From NCBI GenBank assembly GCA_046757025.1, contig JBHHXN010000010.1:1-64000 (forward strand): DNA of 64,000 bases, read 5' to 3'. Every line of letters begins with the position of its first letter. The stretch's first letter is position 1. Positions 31,563 through 42,922 of the stretch are shown here, one piece after another. Made by a program: the position numbers and the translations under genes. Source of the DNA: a bacterium. Lineage in GTDB: Bacteria; Zhuqueibacterota; Zhuqueibacteria; Oceanimicrobiales; Oceanimicrobiaceae. Below the pieces are notes generated by a model. It saw only the letters and a list, made by a program, of their open reading frames with translations, ran no database searches and was not told the DNA's origin.

Positions 31563-33791
31563 TTATGTTTTGTTTAGAACAAGTGCCTCGTTCTCATCTA
31601 TTCGTGCATGCCATCCCATCTCCAGAACCGTGGTACTGTGTCGTTCAAAAATTAAAGCGGGCCCCCTCAATTTCATGCCGGGAGAAAGTTCGTCCCTTTC
31701 ATAACAAGGCACATTTCGCTTTTGACCGCCGATGAAAATTTCCGCATGCCGCATGGGATTGGTTTTTTGTATATCCCCTTTCAATTTTTTCGCCTTGCGG
31801 AATACGGGAGTATCTGAGCAAATCACTCTTAAAGACTCCACTTCCAATTGCCGGCCTTCTGGAAGATGACCAAAAATTTGTTGGTATTTTTTCTGAAAAA
31901 TTTTGTGCAGAGAAATGTCACCGCAGTATTCGATGGCGACTATGGAATCCTGTCCGACAAATCGGACATTCACAATTTGACGTCGAATCGCAATCCGCGA
32001 TTCCGGAATGCCTTCTGCGGCAACCGAACGTCGAGCAGTTTCGGCAAGCGCTTTTAACCAGGAGCGAATTTTATGTTCCACCTGATTTAAGGGTTTCAAA
32101 ATTTGTTTTTCTGCAAAGCGTTCTAGTACCGCGTGCCCCAAACCCAATGCGCTCAGCAAAGAGGCCTCTTTCGGGATAATAATGACCGCCATCCCCAACT
32201 TTTCTGCAATGCTGCAAGCATGCTGACCGCCAGCTCCACCAAATGAAATTAATGCGTAATCCCCGGGCTCGAAGCCTTTGCGAACCGACACTCTGCGAAT
32301 GGCGTCTGCCATGCGCTCGTCCGCGATATCTAAAAACCCCTGTAACAATGCATCCGACGGGATTTTCTCACCTGTCGAACAGGTAACGGTTTGAATTATT
32401 TCTGAAAGCCGGGACAAGGCCTGCGTTTTTACCATGGGAATTTCGAAGTAATCCGGGTTCAATCTGCCTAGCAGCAGATTCACATCCGTCAGAGTCAATG
32501 GACCGCCGGCGCCATAACAGGCTGGCCCCGGCTGAGCTCCGGCGCTTTCGGGACCTACCTGCAAACGATAACCATCAAACGAGCAGATGGAGCCGCCGCC
32601 GGCTGCCACGCTTTCAATGGCCAGGGCCGGGGCAACTAGGTGAGCATCTCCAACCTGGTGCTCGAATACATACTCATAATCGCCATCGTAACGCGCGACA
32701 TCGGTACTGGTTCCTCCCATGTCAAATGCAATAATTTTATTGAAACCCGACTGCCTGCCGGTTAAAGCCGCTCCCACAACACCGCCAGCGGGACCGCTGA
32801 GTAGGCTGTCTTTGGCGTTAAATTCATGCGCATTAATCAAACCACCGGCACTGGTCAACACATGCAATCGACCTCTGGAAATGGCGCTTTGTACATTTTT
32901 TATATAACGGCAAATTATCGGCGTAATATACGCATCCACCACGGCGGTCTCAGTGCGCTCGAGAATTTTGATAAACGGCGCTAATTCAGCAGAAGAAGAA
33001 ACATGATGAAAGCCATTTCTTTTTAGATATTCGGTTAATTCATGTTCATGATCCGGATTTACATAGCTGTGTAACAACGAGACAGCCGCCACTCGCAAGC
33101 CCTGAGCTAACAATTCTTCAATACAGCCATGCAATTCTGAGGTGTCCAGTTTCCTTAAAATCTGACCTTGATCAGAAATGCGCTCATCCACCTCGACCAC
33201 GATTTGATAGAGCGGTTCGGGTTTGACAATATTCAACGCAAACAAATTCGGACGCTGTTGCGTACCAATGCGCAAAAGGTCGGCGAAGCCCCTGGTGACA
33301 AACAAGGCCAACGGAACGCCCTTGCGCTCAAGTAGAGCATTGGTACCGCGAGTGGTAGCCAAGCGCATGTTCAATTCTGGCAATGCCCGATCCGGCATGG
33401 TTCGAGTCACCATGCGAGCCGCCAGAATTGGCGCCTCTTCATCGGTTTTCACCTCAAAAGCCATTCCCGAATTGACCTCACCTGTCCAGGGTTCTTTTAA
33501 GACAAGACAGTTCGAATTCGCATCAAAATGTTCTACCTCCGATTCCGAATCCGTAGTTCCCAGAATTGTAAACATGAATCCGCGAATAAAATCCGAAGGG
33601 ATGTGCCATTTGTGGTTGATGCGAAATTTTTTCTCATCCAATGGCTTCTCAATAATTCCGCGCAAGCAACCGCTGCTCAATACTTTTGTTCGATGTAATT
33701 TACCGTCAGGAGCCCGAGCGATACAATCGGTAAAGGTACCCCCGGTGTCTATCCAGATCTGCCAGATAGCATTTCCCTCTTTTTCGAACAT
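31563..33791 (-). CDS. Hydantoinase A/5-oxoprolinase N-terminal (ATPase) subunit
   Basis: IDTGGTFTD, TNALLE, SGPAGG, DMGGTSTD, GPACYG motifs. Confidence 0.95.
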   Translation of the reverse strand: MFEKEGNAIWQIWIDTGGTFTDCIARAPDGKLHRTKVLSSGCLRGIIEKPLDEKKFRINHKWHIPSDFIRGFMFTILGTTDSESEVEHFDANSNCLVLKEPWTGEVNSGMAFEVKTDEEAPILAARMVTRTMPDRALPELNMRLATTRGTNALLERKGVPLALFVTRGFADLLRIGTQQRPNLFALNIVKPEPLYQIVVEVDERISDQGQILRKLDTSELHGCIEELLAQGLRVAAVSLLHSYVNPDHEHELTEYLKRNGFHHVSSSAELAPFIKILERTETAVVDAYITPIICRYIKNVQSAISRGRLHVLTSAGGLINAHEFNAKDSLLSGPAGGVVGAALTGRQSGFNKIIAFDMGGTSTDVARYDGDYEYVFEHQVGDAHLVAPALAIESVAAGGGSICSFDGYRLQVGPESAGAQPGPACYGAGGPLTLTDVNLLLGRLNPDYFEIPMVKTQALSRLSEIIQTVTCSTGEKIPSDALLQGFLDIADERMADAIRRVSVRKGFEPGDYALISFGGAGGQHACSIAEKLGMAVIIIPKEASLLSALGLGHAVLERFAEKQILKPLNQVEHKIRSWLKALAETARRSVAAEGIPESRIAIRRQIVNVRFVGQDSIVAIEYCGDISLHKIFQKKYQQIFGHLPEGRQLEVESLRVICSDTPVFRKAKKLKGDIQKTNPMRHAEIFIGGQKRNVPCYERDELSPGMKLRGPALIFERHSTTVLEMGWHARIDENEALVLNKT

Positions 33792-34040
33792 AAAGTAGAT
33801 TTTGGTTTTTCTCTAATTTTTTAACAGGGAAACAATATAAACTAATTTGAAAACCCCGGCTATTTAGACAAGCATAAGTTTAATCATTACAATAATAATA
33901 ATCAACAAAATGTCCGTAAATTACTTTCTATCCACGAAAATAGCTCATCGGTATTTACAGAATAGTTTTTACAATTAAACCGTTACTTGTCATGATATCT
34001 AAATTTAACCTTGATCGGTAAAACAGTTGCAACATTTGTA

Positions 34041-34069
34041 TTGACATTGAAAAATTAAATCTTTAATAT
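34041..34069 (+). promoter_or_regulatory. Sigma70-type promoter for the SDR gene
   Basis: TTGACA-N17-TAATAT. Confidence 0.6.
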
Positions 34070-34111
34070 TAGCCTTTTAAATTTAACTAAAATGTAAAAA
34101 TCAACAGTCCC

Positions 34112-34909
34112 ATGAAAAGCTTTCGCAACAAAACGGTTTTAGTCACAGGCGCGTCCTCCGGTATCGGCGAGTGTTTTGCCCGGTTACTTGCGGCGAAACA
34201 AGCCAATTTGATCCTCACGGCCAGATCCAAGGACAAGTTAAACGACTTGGCTAATGAGTTGAATAAACGGTTCAAAATTCAAGCTCATGTTTTTCCCGGA
34301 GATTTGAGCTCACCCAATACTCCACAAACACTTTTTGAACAAGTCTCCAGTCATGGTCTAGAAGTCGATGTGGTCATCAACAACGCAGGGTTTGGAAAAT
34401 GGGGCCATTTTGAGTCGATCAATTATGCTACCTATGAAGAAATGTGTAACTTGAATATGCAAGCGGTTGTAGCTTTGACTTATTTATTTTTGCCCAATAT
34501 GTTGGTAAAAAAAACCGGCGGGTTTATCAACGTTGCTTCCACCGCCGCTTTTCAGCCGGTGCCGTATTTTGCCACATACAGCGCCACCAAAGCCTTTGTT
34601 CTCAGCTTTTCCGAGGCTTTATGGGGCGAATATCGGGAGCGCGGTCTTACCGTTACCTGCCTTTGTCCCGGCGGCACCGAATCCAATTTTCACGAAGTCT
34701 CTGAAATGGATCCAGATAAAATAATTGGTCTGGAATCCGCTGAAAAGGTGGCAGAATTAGGACTCAGTGCGTTTTTAAAAGGTAAGTTAACGGTCATTTC
34801 AGGCGTAAAAAATTACCTCCTCGCAAATTCGATCCGTCTGGCAAACCGAAAAACGGTTACCAAAATTTCGGCAGCCATGTTTAGACCTAAGAAGTCAATC
34901 AAGATTTGA
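34112..34909 (+). CDS. Short-chain dehydrogenase/reductase
   Basis: TGASSGIG, NNAG, YSATK motifs. Confidence 0.95.
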   Translation: MKSFRNKTVLVTGASSGIGECFARLLAAKQANLILTARSKDKLNDLANELNKRFKIQAHVFPGDLSSPNTPQTLFEQVSSHGLEVDVVINNAGFGKWGHFESINYATYEEMCNLNMQAVVALTYLFLPNMLVKKTGGFINVASTAAFQPVPYFATYSATKAFVLSFSEALWGEYRERGLTVTCLCPGGTESNFHEVSEMDPDKIIGLESAEKVAELGLSAFLKGKLTVISGVKNYLLANSIRLANRKTVTKISAAMFRPKKSIKI

Positions 34910-35178
34910 TTTTAAAAAAACTTTTTCACAAACCATACACGATCCATTCATACTATAGCAAGAAAGTAACCTGTACTTAATGAATTTGACTTTCTTCATC
35001 TATTAATAAACAAATAAAATTCGACCTGCCTCATGGGACTTTAAAATACGCCTGTGCTTAATTTTCTGGAACAAAAACAATTTTGTTCAATGTTTAATGT
35101 TATTAATTTGTTTCAGCAAGCACACAGATTGTCGATATATATAAAGAATTGCGAACAACAATCAGGGAAAACACACGC

Positions 35179-36897
35179 ATGAACGAAGCCAGCGAAATAT
35201 TCAAAAGACTGAGTTTAGATAAGTCTAAACGCGAAATTGCCTATTTTACCATGGAAATCGCTCTGGAGAATGATCTGCCATCGTATAGCGGCGGCCTAGG
35301 TGTGCTGGCCGGAGACACCTTGCGTTCTGCGGCCGATTTAGGCATTCCTATGGTGGGGGTGACTTTGTTGCATCAATATGGATATTTTCATCAAGGGTTG
35401 GATGAAAACGGTAATCAAATCGAAACCGACGTGCGGTGGCACCCGGAATTAAAATTAAGACAGCTGCCGAATTATATCGAATTGACCATCGAATCGAGAC
35501 GAACCCGGGTGCGTGTTTGGGAATATGATATCGTCGGTAAATATGGATACGTAGTGCCGGTTTATTTTCTCGATGTCAATGTGCCGGAAAACTCAGAGCA
35601 GGAACGCCAAATTAACAAACATCTCTATGGTGGGGATCAATTTGCACGCCTTTGCCAGGAAATTATTTTAGGAATCGGCGGGATACGCATGTTGCGCGAT
35701 TTGGGCTATCGCGACATTCGTAATTACCACCTAAACGAAGGTCACGCCAGCTTACTGGCTCTGGAGCTGATTCGGGAAAGCGGATACAGCTCGTACGAAA
35801 AAGTAAAACAAGATTGCATATTTACCACTCACACACCGGTGGAAGCCGGCCACGATGTTTTTGAATTTGGACTGGTGAAACAGGTTTTAAAGCCCGTGTA
35901 TATGGATTATCTGGTTGAAATCTTAGGTGGTGAAAACCCGGTGAACTTAACCAACATCTCCTTAAAACTGAGCCGATTCATCAACGGCGTTTCCGCTATG
36001 CACGCAGAAGTTTCGAAAAATATGTTTAGAAATCCGAAAATCGAAGCCATCACCAACGGTATTCATTCCGCAAGCTGGACGTCTCCGAGTTTCCAGAGAT
36101 TATACAGTCAATACATTCCCGGCTGGGATATCAATCCGGAACATTTTGTTCAGACTATGTTCATTCCGACTCAGGAGATCTGGAAAGCACACATGACCGC
36201 CAAAGGCAAACTACTGCGTCTTGTAGAAGACGAAACCGGCCAACAGTTGGACTTAAATTGCTTGACCATTGGGTTTGCCAGGCGAGCAGCAGCTTACAAG
36301 AGGGCTGATTTAATTTTTACAGATTTAGAGCGCTTGATTCGTATTTGCTCCAATAAAGTGCAATTCATTTTTGCTGGCAAAGCCCATCCTAAAGACCATG
36401 AAGGTAAGCAAGTGATCAAAAACGTATTTCACGCCATGGAGGAGCTCAAGAACAAAGTCGATATCGCCTACCTGCAAAATTATGACATGAATCTTGGGGC
36501 GGTGATTACTGCCGGCGTCGATGTTTGGCTGAATAACCCCAGAAGGCCGCGGGAGGCTTCTGGTACCAGCGGTATGAAAGCCGCGCATAACGGCGTGCTC
36601 AATTTTAGCGTGCTGGATGGTTGGTGGATAGAAGGCTGCATTGAAGGCGTTACCGGCTGGGCCATCGGGCCTCACGCTAATGAAAACAATCTGGAAGATT
36701 ATGATGAAAATCTGGATATCGAAGACCTCTATGAGAAACTGGAAAACATCATTATTCCGCTCTATTACAACGAGTCCGAAAAATGGATTCAAATGATGAA
36801 AAATACCATTGCTATTAACGCCACCTATTTTAATACGCATAGAATGATCAAAGAATACGCAACTAAAGCCTATCACGTTTCGCCTCTGTTTCAGTAA
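35179..36897 (+). CDS. glgP: Alpha-glucan (glycogen) phosphorylase, short form
   Basis: YSGGLGVLAGD, LNEGH, GKAHP, EASGTSGMK PLP-lysine motif. Confidence 0.95.
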   Translation: MNEASEIFKRLSLDKSKREIAYFTMEIALENDLPSYSGGLGVLAGDTLRSAADLGIPMVGVTLLHQYGYFHQGLDENGNQIETDVRWHPELKLRQLPNYIELTIESRRTRVRVWEYDIVGKYGYVVPVYFLDVNVPENSEQERQINKHLYGGDQFARLCQEIILGIGGIRMLRDLGYRDIRNYHLNEGHASLLALELIRESGYSSYEKVKQDCIFTTHTPVEAGHDVFEFGLVKQVLKPVYMDYLVEILGGENPVNLTNISLKLSRFINGVSAMHAEVSKNMFRNPKIEAITNGIHSASWTSPSFQRLYSQYIPGWDINPEHFVQTMFIPTQEIWKAHMTAKGKLLRLVEDETGQQLDLNCLTIGFARRAAAYKRADLIFTDLERLIRICSNKVQFIFAGKAHPKDHEGKQVIKNVFHAMEELKNKVDIAYLQNYDMNLGAVITAGVDVWLNNPRRPREASGTSGMKAAHNGVLNFSVLDGWWIEGCIEGVTGWAIGPHANENNLEDYDENLDIEDLYEKLENIIIPLYYNESEKWIQMMKNTIAINATYFNTHRMIKEYATKAYHVSPLFQ

Positions 36898-37033
36898 AAT
36901 GAATTACCGAAACTCGTATTTGGTTGCGTTACGGCGAACATTTGACTTACTGCAACCCATCTAAAAACTCAACCAAATTCTATTTTATTTCAAATCACGT
37001 CTTCCTTTTTTGATTTATCCACAGGAGTAAATT

Positions 37034-37510
37034 TTGATCTCTGAAGAATCATTTAGAAATGCATTAAGTCGCTTTGCAACCGGCGTCACCATTGTCACAT
37101 TGGAACACGAAAATGAGTATCATGGCTTGACGGTCAATTCATTTACTTCTGTTTCCTTAAACCCGCCTTTAATTCTCATTTGTATCCAGAGAAATGGCAA
37201 GAGTCACGCGCTTTTTAGATTAAACCAGCGATTTGTCGTCAACATTCTGAGTCAGGAACAACGCGATCTTGCCTCGCAGTTCGCCGATTCAGATTTACAC
37301 GGCTGGCAACGATTTCATGACCTCAAATTTAACATGAGCCAGGAGGGCATTCCCATCATCGCTGATTCGCTGGCATATTTAGAATGTCAAATCGTGAAGC
37401 AATATGAAGGCGGAGATCATACCATCTTTTTGGGGGAGGTCAACGGTGCGTGGAGTGCTAACAACAAAAAACCGCTGCTTTTTTTTGAAAGCCAATTCGC
37501 CCAAATTTAA
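37034..37510 (+). CDS. Flavin reductase family protein
   Basis: FATGVT, SVSLNPP, GDH motifs. Confidence 0.93.
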   Translation: MISEESFRNALSRFATGVTIVTLEHENEYHGLTVNSFTSVSLNPPLILICIQRNGKSHALFRLNQRFVVNILSQEQRDLASQFADSDLHGWQRFHDLKFNMSQEGIPIIADSLAYLECQIVKQYEGGDHTIFLGEVNGAWSANNKKPLLFFESQFAQI

Positions 37511-37560
37511 TTTGGCCGTCTAAAAATTGAATTCGTGCAGATATTTTGATCTACGCACCG

Positions 37561-40173
37561 TTATTTTTTTAAAATTTCTCTTTCGGCGCTGGACAGATAA
37601 ATAGCATTGAAAAGAAATTTGAAAGTCGCCGTGGTTTGTGCGCGATGTTGCGCTTTGAATCCGATCAAAATGATGCGACCTTCCCCTACGGGAATATCCA
37701 AAATCGCAGGTAAGCCCGACAATTTTTCTGCCCCGATCATCAACCCACTCATGAGCGGATTGTGCGCAGCGTAATTCGCAACCACACCGGTACGCCTATG
37801 CCAGGGAAGAGCTCGGAAAACCGGACTGTCTTTCAACATAGCTGCGACTTTTCGTGGCATTCCAAAAGCGATGGGTTCGGACGTGTCCACTTCGATTTCC
37901 ACCAACGCACCCGGACAAAAATACTCCTGCTCATTCAAACCTCGCACGATATTTTCTGCAGGCAGACCAAATGTTTCCACTGCAAAATCACATGCTTTGT
38001 TTAATACGATCAAAGTACCGCCTTTAACCACAAAATCATTTAAGCTGACCACGCCACTTTCGGTGATTCCATCCTGGTAGGGCGGCGGCAACGGTGGAAT
38101 GTACATATTTGGCCGATCAAACTTTTTGCCATGCAGGATATCTTTAGCCGCCATATCCGGCAGGATGATGACGTCAAAATCACTGCTCAGGTTGCCCTTT
38201 TTAATGTCTGAATTGTGAATGGATTTATAGGGAAAATCGTACTTATCCAAAATGAAACGAGTCCAACCTTCGTCGATATTAGCAGTCCACGGTTGATACA
38301 ATCCTAACCTGAAATCTTTCAATCGATATACTTCCTGCCCCTGGAAACTCTTACTTGTTTGTTTGATTTCCAGATTCAGCTCTTGAGCTAAAAAGTCCAT
38401 TTTACGCAATTTCATTTCCTTAAATGGTATATAGATGGTGCCAGGCGGAAAAATGTTTCCCTCCAGTGAAAAGCCATTTTTTAGCCAGTAAACTTTTTTA
38501 CCCGCTTTGAGCAAACGATTCACCGCGATATAACTTCGATTGGTTTTATGACTTAGTAAATAATTGCCTTTTTTAATTTGGGTTACCGAACCCTTAGGAT
38601 AACGCTGTGATATAATTTGAATTAAATCCGCTTTAAACGGGTGCTCAATTCGGCGAGTATTAATGCCCATCATCAGGGGCAGTGTCCAGGCAGTGACATC
38701 CTGCGGTATAAATGGAAGCGGTTTTTGAGAAACAATTAATTCTGTATATTTTTGGCGCTCAAACAGATCTTTGATGTAAGGTCGAAATGGTTGAGAAAGT
38801 AAAATCACAAAGTCTTCCCTTTCAATTTTTATGTCGCCGGAAGATAAGGCTTCTTTTGGTTGATGAATCTCCACCCCGCCTTTCATCAAAATTTGTATCA
38901 TATCGAGAGTGGTGAGATAATCGTGCTGTGAAGCGGGTACCACAAATGCAAAAGGGGATTCCGTCTGCCCGCGCTCGATGGCGTCCTGGTTCATTCGGCA
39001 AAAATTAAAAATGATCGCTTCTTTCTCTTTGGCAGCCAATTCCAACAATGAAAAGACCACTGCCAATTCGTATTTAATGACGTTTCGCAGGCGCCACCAA
39101 CCGCCTGGCCACACTTTAATATGACGAAGCAAGTTGCTGTAACCCGGCATTTGTGGTTTGATATCTGTCAAACTTCCTCTGGGAAAAAAGAGCGGGGAAG
39201 CCATTTGAGCACTGGCGATCTCTGAATAGAATCCCATCATATTGTGCCACCAGGGCGTCATGCCGGCCGTGCCTTGCCACCAATCAGAAGAAAACGCGTG
39301 AGTGGCCAAACCAGGTATATTTTGTTTTTGCAAATTCTCCGCCATTCGTTGGCTGTATTTATTTATTTGATCCAATAGCCGTGGATTTAAATTGGGATTG
39401 ATCGGTGCAGAAAATGGCGGTAAATACAATAGGGCACTTTTGGCTGAGGTCTGGTGGAGGTCCAATACCACCTGCGGAAACCATTCCTTATAAAGCTGCT
39501 TGCTCACAAGTCGAGTTTCCGCCAGGTTCATCATAAACCAATCGCGATTGTTGTCGTCACCAGCATAATGATTATGAAGAAAAGGCAAAAAACATCCTTC
39601 GTGTGGCGTGTTCAAATATTGGTTATACCAGTCCACCACCCGTTCCACTCCGTCCGGATTTAAGGACGGAATCAACAAAATAATCACGTTATCTAAAATC
39701 TTCTCAAATGTCGAATTATTTTCTGTCGCTAACTTGTAGGCCAGTTCTACGGCCGTCTGACTGGAGGCGATCTCAGTCGAGTGAATATTTAAGGCAATCA
39801 TGACCACAACTTTGCTTTCACGCGCCAACAATTTTACATCGTTTGTTGACAAATGACGCGGATTGGCAGCTTGTTTTTGCAAATTTTTGTATTTAACTAA
39901 ATTCAACAAATTGTTGGGGGAAGAAATCACAGCCATGATGAATGGCGTGCCCAGAGTTGATTTTCCCAATTTTTGTACGTGGATTCGATCGGATTTGCTG
40001 TCCAACATTTCAAAATAATCAACAAGGGTTTCCCAGCCCACTAATTTTTTATCTTCCCCAACTTTAAAACCGAGAAATTCCTCAGGCGAGCGAATTTGAG
40101 CCGAAATGGGGTTCAGCAAAAACACGAAGATAATTGTGCCATATACAAGGGAGACAAACCAGCGAATGTTCAT
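37561..40173 (-). CDS. Secreted M14 zinc carboxypeptidase with C-terminal GATase-like domain
   Basis: IHSTE, NPDG, DNNRD, DLHQ motifs; signal peptide. Confidence 0.9.
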   Translation of the reverse strand: MNIRWFVSLVYGTIIFVFLLNPISAQIRSPEEFLGFKVGEDKKLVGWETLVDYFEMLDSKSDRIHVQKLGKSTLGTPFIMAVISSPNNLLNLVKYKNLQKQAANPRHLSTNDVKLLARESKVVVMIALNIHSTEIASSQTAVELAYKLATENNSTFEKILDNVIILLIPSLNPDGVERVVDWYNQYLNTPHEGCFLPFLHNHYAGDDNNRDWFMMNLAETRLVSKQLYKEWFPQVVLDLHQTSAKSALLYLPPFSAPINPNLNPRLLDQINKYSQRMAENLQKQNIPGLATHAFSSDWWQGTAGMTPWWHNMMGFYSEIASAQMASPLFFPRGSLTDIKPQMPGYSNLLRHIKVWPGGWWRLRNVIKYELAVVFSLLELAAKEKEAIIFNFCRMNQDAIERGQTESPFAFVVPASQHDYLTTLDMIQILMKGGVEIHQPKEALSSGDIKIEREDFVILLSQPFRPYIKDLFERQKYTELIVSQKPLPFIPQDVTAWTLPLMMGINTRRIEHPFKADLIQIISQRYPKGSVTQIKKGNYLLSHKTNRSYIAVNRLLKAGKKVYWLKNGFSLEGNIFPPGTIYIPFKEMKLRKMDFLAQELNLEIKQTSKSFQGQEVYRLKDFRLGLYQPWTANIDEGWTRFILDKYDFPYKSIHNSDIKKGNLSSDFDVIILPDMAAKDILHGKKFDRPNMYIPPLPPPYQDGITESGVVSLNDFVVKGGTLIVLNKACDFAVETFGLPAENIVRGLNEQEYFCPGALVEIEVDTSEPIAFGMPRKVAAMLKDSPVFRALPWHRRTGVVANYAAHNPLMSGLMIGAEKLSGLPAILDIPVGEGRIILIGFKAQHRAQTTATFKFLFNAIYLSSAEREILKK

Positions 40174-40352
40174 TTTTAGGATGCCCAGAATAATAAACGC
40201 GAAGCCCAGGTCAAACCATCAAACCTCGTTTCCGATTCAAGATATTCATTTTCAAGTCATTCTAATTCAAAAGAAAACCGCTTCTGTTGAGAAGCGGTTT
40301 CAAATTCAAGTGTGTAAAATATTTTCAATTATACATTCTTATTTTAAAACAT

Positions 40353-41435
40353 TCAATTAATATTTTTCGAAAGTTGGTTATTTTTCCAAACACCCGCAAG
40401 CGTGATTCCACACGCAAAGCACCGATCCTCGTCCATCCGGTTCTGCAAAATTTTAAAACCGAATCGAACGATCAATTCTTCATGGCAATTGGGACAATAA
40501 GTGTTCTCGTATTGGCTGACCGTTCCGGGAAGATTGCCGGCGTACACAAAATGCAATCCCGTTTCGTAGCCAATTTCCGCGGCTTTTAACAACGTGTTTG
40601 CCGGTGTGTTTTGCGGTGTAAGCATTTTATAATCCTGATGAAACGCCGTCACATGCCAGGGAATATCTGGCGAGATGTCGAAGATAAAATTCGCTATGGC
40701 CTTAAGCTCCGAGGGAGAATCGTTGAATCCGGGCACAATCAGCGTGACAATCTCCATCCAGAACCCTCTTTCATACACCATTTCGATGGAATCCAGGACG
40801 TTTTCAAGTACCCCGCCAAGCTTTCGATAATTTTTGTCATCAAAGGATTTTAAATCGATTTTGTAGAGATCGGTATAGGGGCGAATATAATCTAACACCT
40901 CAGCGGTGGCATTGCCATTGGAAACGTAGCCAGTGAGAAAGCCTTCCTTCCTGGCTTGTTTGAAGATTTTAACCGCCCACTCGCTTGTGATCAAAGGTTC
41001 GTTGTAACTGCTGACGATGAGCCGGGCGCGGTACTTTTTCCCCAGCGAAATTAAATCGTCCGCATGTACTTTTTGTGGAGAAACCACGGCTCTTTCATCC
41101 CGCAGTGCCTGCGACGTAAGCCAGTTTTGGCAATAGGAACAATGATAATCACAGCCCAACATCCCAAACGTGACAGCCAGAGAGCCGGGAAAGACATGAT
41201 AGAAGGGCTTTTTTTCGGTGGGGTCACACTGCAAACCGGCCGCATAATTTGCTGGCACAAAAAGGGTTCCACCCTCATTGAATCGCACCCGACAAATACC
41301 GTCGCGTCCCTCTTTAATCAGACAGCGATGACCACAGGCAAAACAAGTCAGGCTCTGATCTTCGTGACGTTCGTAAAGCTCACCTTCCATGGAGTAGGTG
41401 CGTAAAACTTCTTTAAGGGTTCGGGGCTCTTTCAT
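40353..41435 (-). CDS. amrS: AmmeMemoRadiSam system radical SAM enzyme
   Basis: C.AC.H.C, DPTEKKPFYH, CxxxCxxC (CDYHCSYC), YNEP motifs. Confidence 0.92.
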   Translation of the reverse strand: MKEPRTLKEVLRTYSMEGELYERHEDQSLTCFACGHRCLIKEGRDGICRVRFNEGGTLFVPANYAAGLQCDPTEKKPFYHVFPGSLAVTFGMLGCDYHCSYCQNWLTSQALRDERAVVSPQKVHADDLISLGKKYRARLIVSSYNEPLITSEWAVKIFKQARKEGFLTGYVSNGNATAEVLDYIRPYTDLYKIDLKSFDDKNYRKLGGVLENVLDSIEMVYERGFWMEIVTLIVPGFNDSPSELKAIANFIFDISPDIPWHVTAFHQDYKMLTPQNTPANTLLKAAEIGYETGLHFVYAGNLPGTVSQYENTYCPNCHEELIVRFGFKILQNRMDEDRCFACGITLAGVWKNNQLSKNIN

Positions 41436-41704
41436 GAAAGAAGGCCTGAAAGCTGGTCAATTTGAATATGAATGCTTGTAAATTTCCCTGCTGGGCCAGA
41501 TTTGCAAGCAAGATAATTTAATAGAAATTTTGTGGTGGTATCAAAATTGAATCTTCATGAGCATTTGTTTGATAAAAACGTTTTAACTCAATGTTTCTTG
41601 CCACGAAAAGTCATGAAAGATAAAATGAAGTGAATACGATATGTGTGGACTACTTATTTACTGATCAATTTTTCAGCTATCGAATCAACTATCACCGTGT
41701 GCGG

Positions 41705-42040
41705 TTAGGATTGAGCCACGCTGGTTACTTTACTGGTTTCGGCTTCAAATTTGGTTTGAATGAGCTGATTTAATCCCCGGCGAATTCTTTCGGGACTTAT
41801 GGAAATGATATCACAACATTTTTCAAATGAAAAAATATAATCCGAATTTTTTTCTTCATACAGCCAAAACTTTGCACTCTTACAATTTTTTTCAAGCTGA
41901 CTCAGTTCATGATCCAGACCCTTAATTTTTAATTGATTGATTTTATATGGATTGTGGCCGTCCAAGTAATCTTTTACCGCCCGTAAAACTACTGAAACTA
42001 CCAGCTTACGTTCTGTGATTTTATTAACTCTTATATCCAT
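41705..42040 (-). CDS. Hypothetical protein (111 aa)
   Basis: AT-rich isolated ORF with AGAGG RBS; pattern AVKDY...A..W...FSFE..C......E.IR.GL. Confidence 0.7.
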   Translation of the reverse strand: MDIRVNKITERKLVVSVVLRAVKDYLDGHNPYKINQLKIKGLDHELSQLEKNCKSAKFWLYEEKNSDYIFSFEKCCDIISISPERIRRGLNQLIQTKFEAETSKVTSVAQS

Positions 42041-42284
42041 ATTTTCCTCTTTAATGATTTAAACATGAAATATGATTATTAAAAAATCAAGGCGGGAAAC
42101 ATTCTGTGTTGGATCAATTATTCTATGAGTATTTTTTTTAAATAACAAGGCTTCGTTAAATTCAGTGATAAAATATAGTAAAAAATGTGGTATAAATCAA
42201 GTGAAAACTTTCGTTAGCGCAACCTTTTCCAAAGCAATTATGAATTATTTTCTTGCAACGATTTACCCTAAATTCAAAAGCACT

Positions 42285-42842
42285 TTATTTGATTAATTTT
42301 GTAACCTCCTTAAATTCCGGCGTACCCGCTTTTTCTAAAAGTTCAAACAGCACTGCTTCCACGGAAGTAATTACAGCTCCCGCGTGAGACAGTCGCTCCA
42401 ACGCGGTTTTGTAATCCATTTTTTTTCGAGAGGAAACCGCATCCCGGGGAACTTGTACCTGAAAATTGTTCGCGATCAAATCCAGGGCCGTTTGCAGCAC
42501 ACAAACGTGCGATTCGATCCCGGTAACGATCACTTGCTGGCTGGTCAGTGCCTTTAATTGCTGCATCAATTCATTTGAATGGCAGCAGCTAAAAGTCATT
42601 TTTTGAAGCGGAATTTTATCTCCCAGAGCTTCAGCAATTTCAGTAATCGTGCTCCCTAGCCCCTGCGGGTACTGCTCGCTTACCAGAATCGGTACATTTA
42701 AAATTGAACAGGCTTTGATCAACTTGACAATATTTTCAACTACGTGCTCTTTGTGTCTCATCACGGCCGCGATTTTTTGCTGCACATCCACGACCAAAAG
42801 TGCGGCATGTTCTCTACGTAAAATTTGTGGGTGACGCTGCAT
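42285..42842 (-). CDS. Isochorismatase family hydrolase
   Basis: VDVQ, EQYPQGLG, GIESHVCV motifs. Confidence 0.93.
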   Translation of the reverse strand: MQRHPQILRREHAALLVVDVQQKIAAVMRHKEHVVENIVKLIKACSILNVPILVSEQYPQGLGSTITEIAEALGDKIPLQKMTFSCCHSNELMQQLKALTSQQVIVTGIESHVCVLQTALDLIANNFQVQVPRDAVSSRKKMDYKTALERLSHAGAVITSVEAVLFELLEKAGTPEFKEVTKLIK

Positions 42843-42922
42843 TTTATCCTCCTGTGGTTATCGAATTTAGACTTCTGCAAAATGAAAGACCGGAAGGGTG
42901 TTCAGGCATCTGCCGGCTTAAG

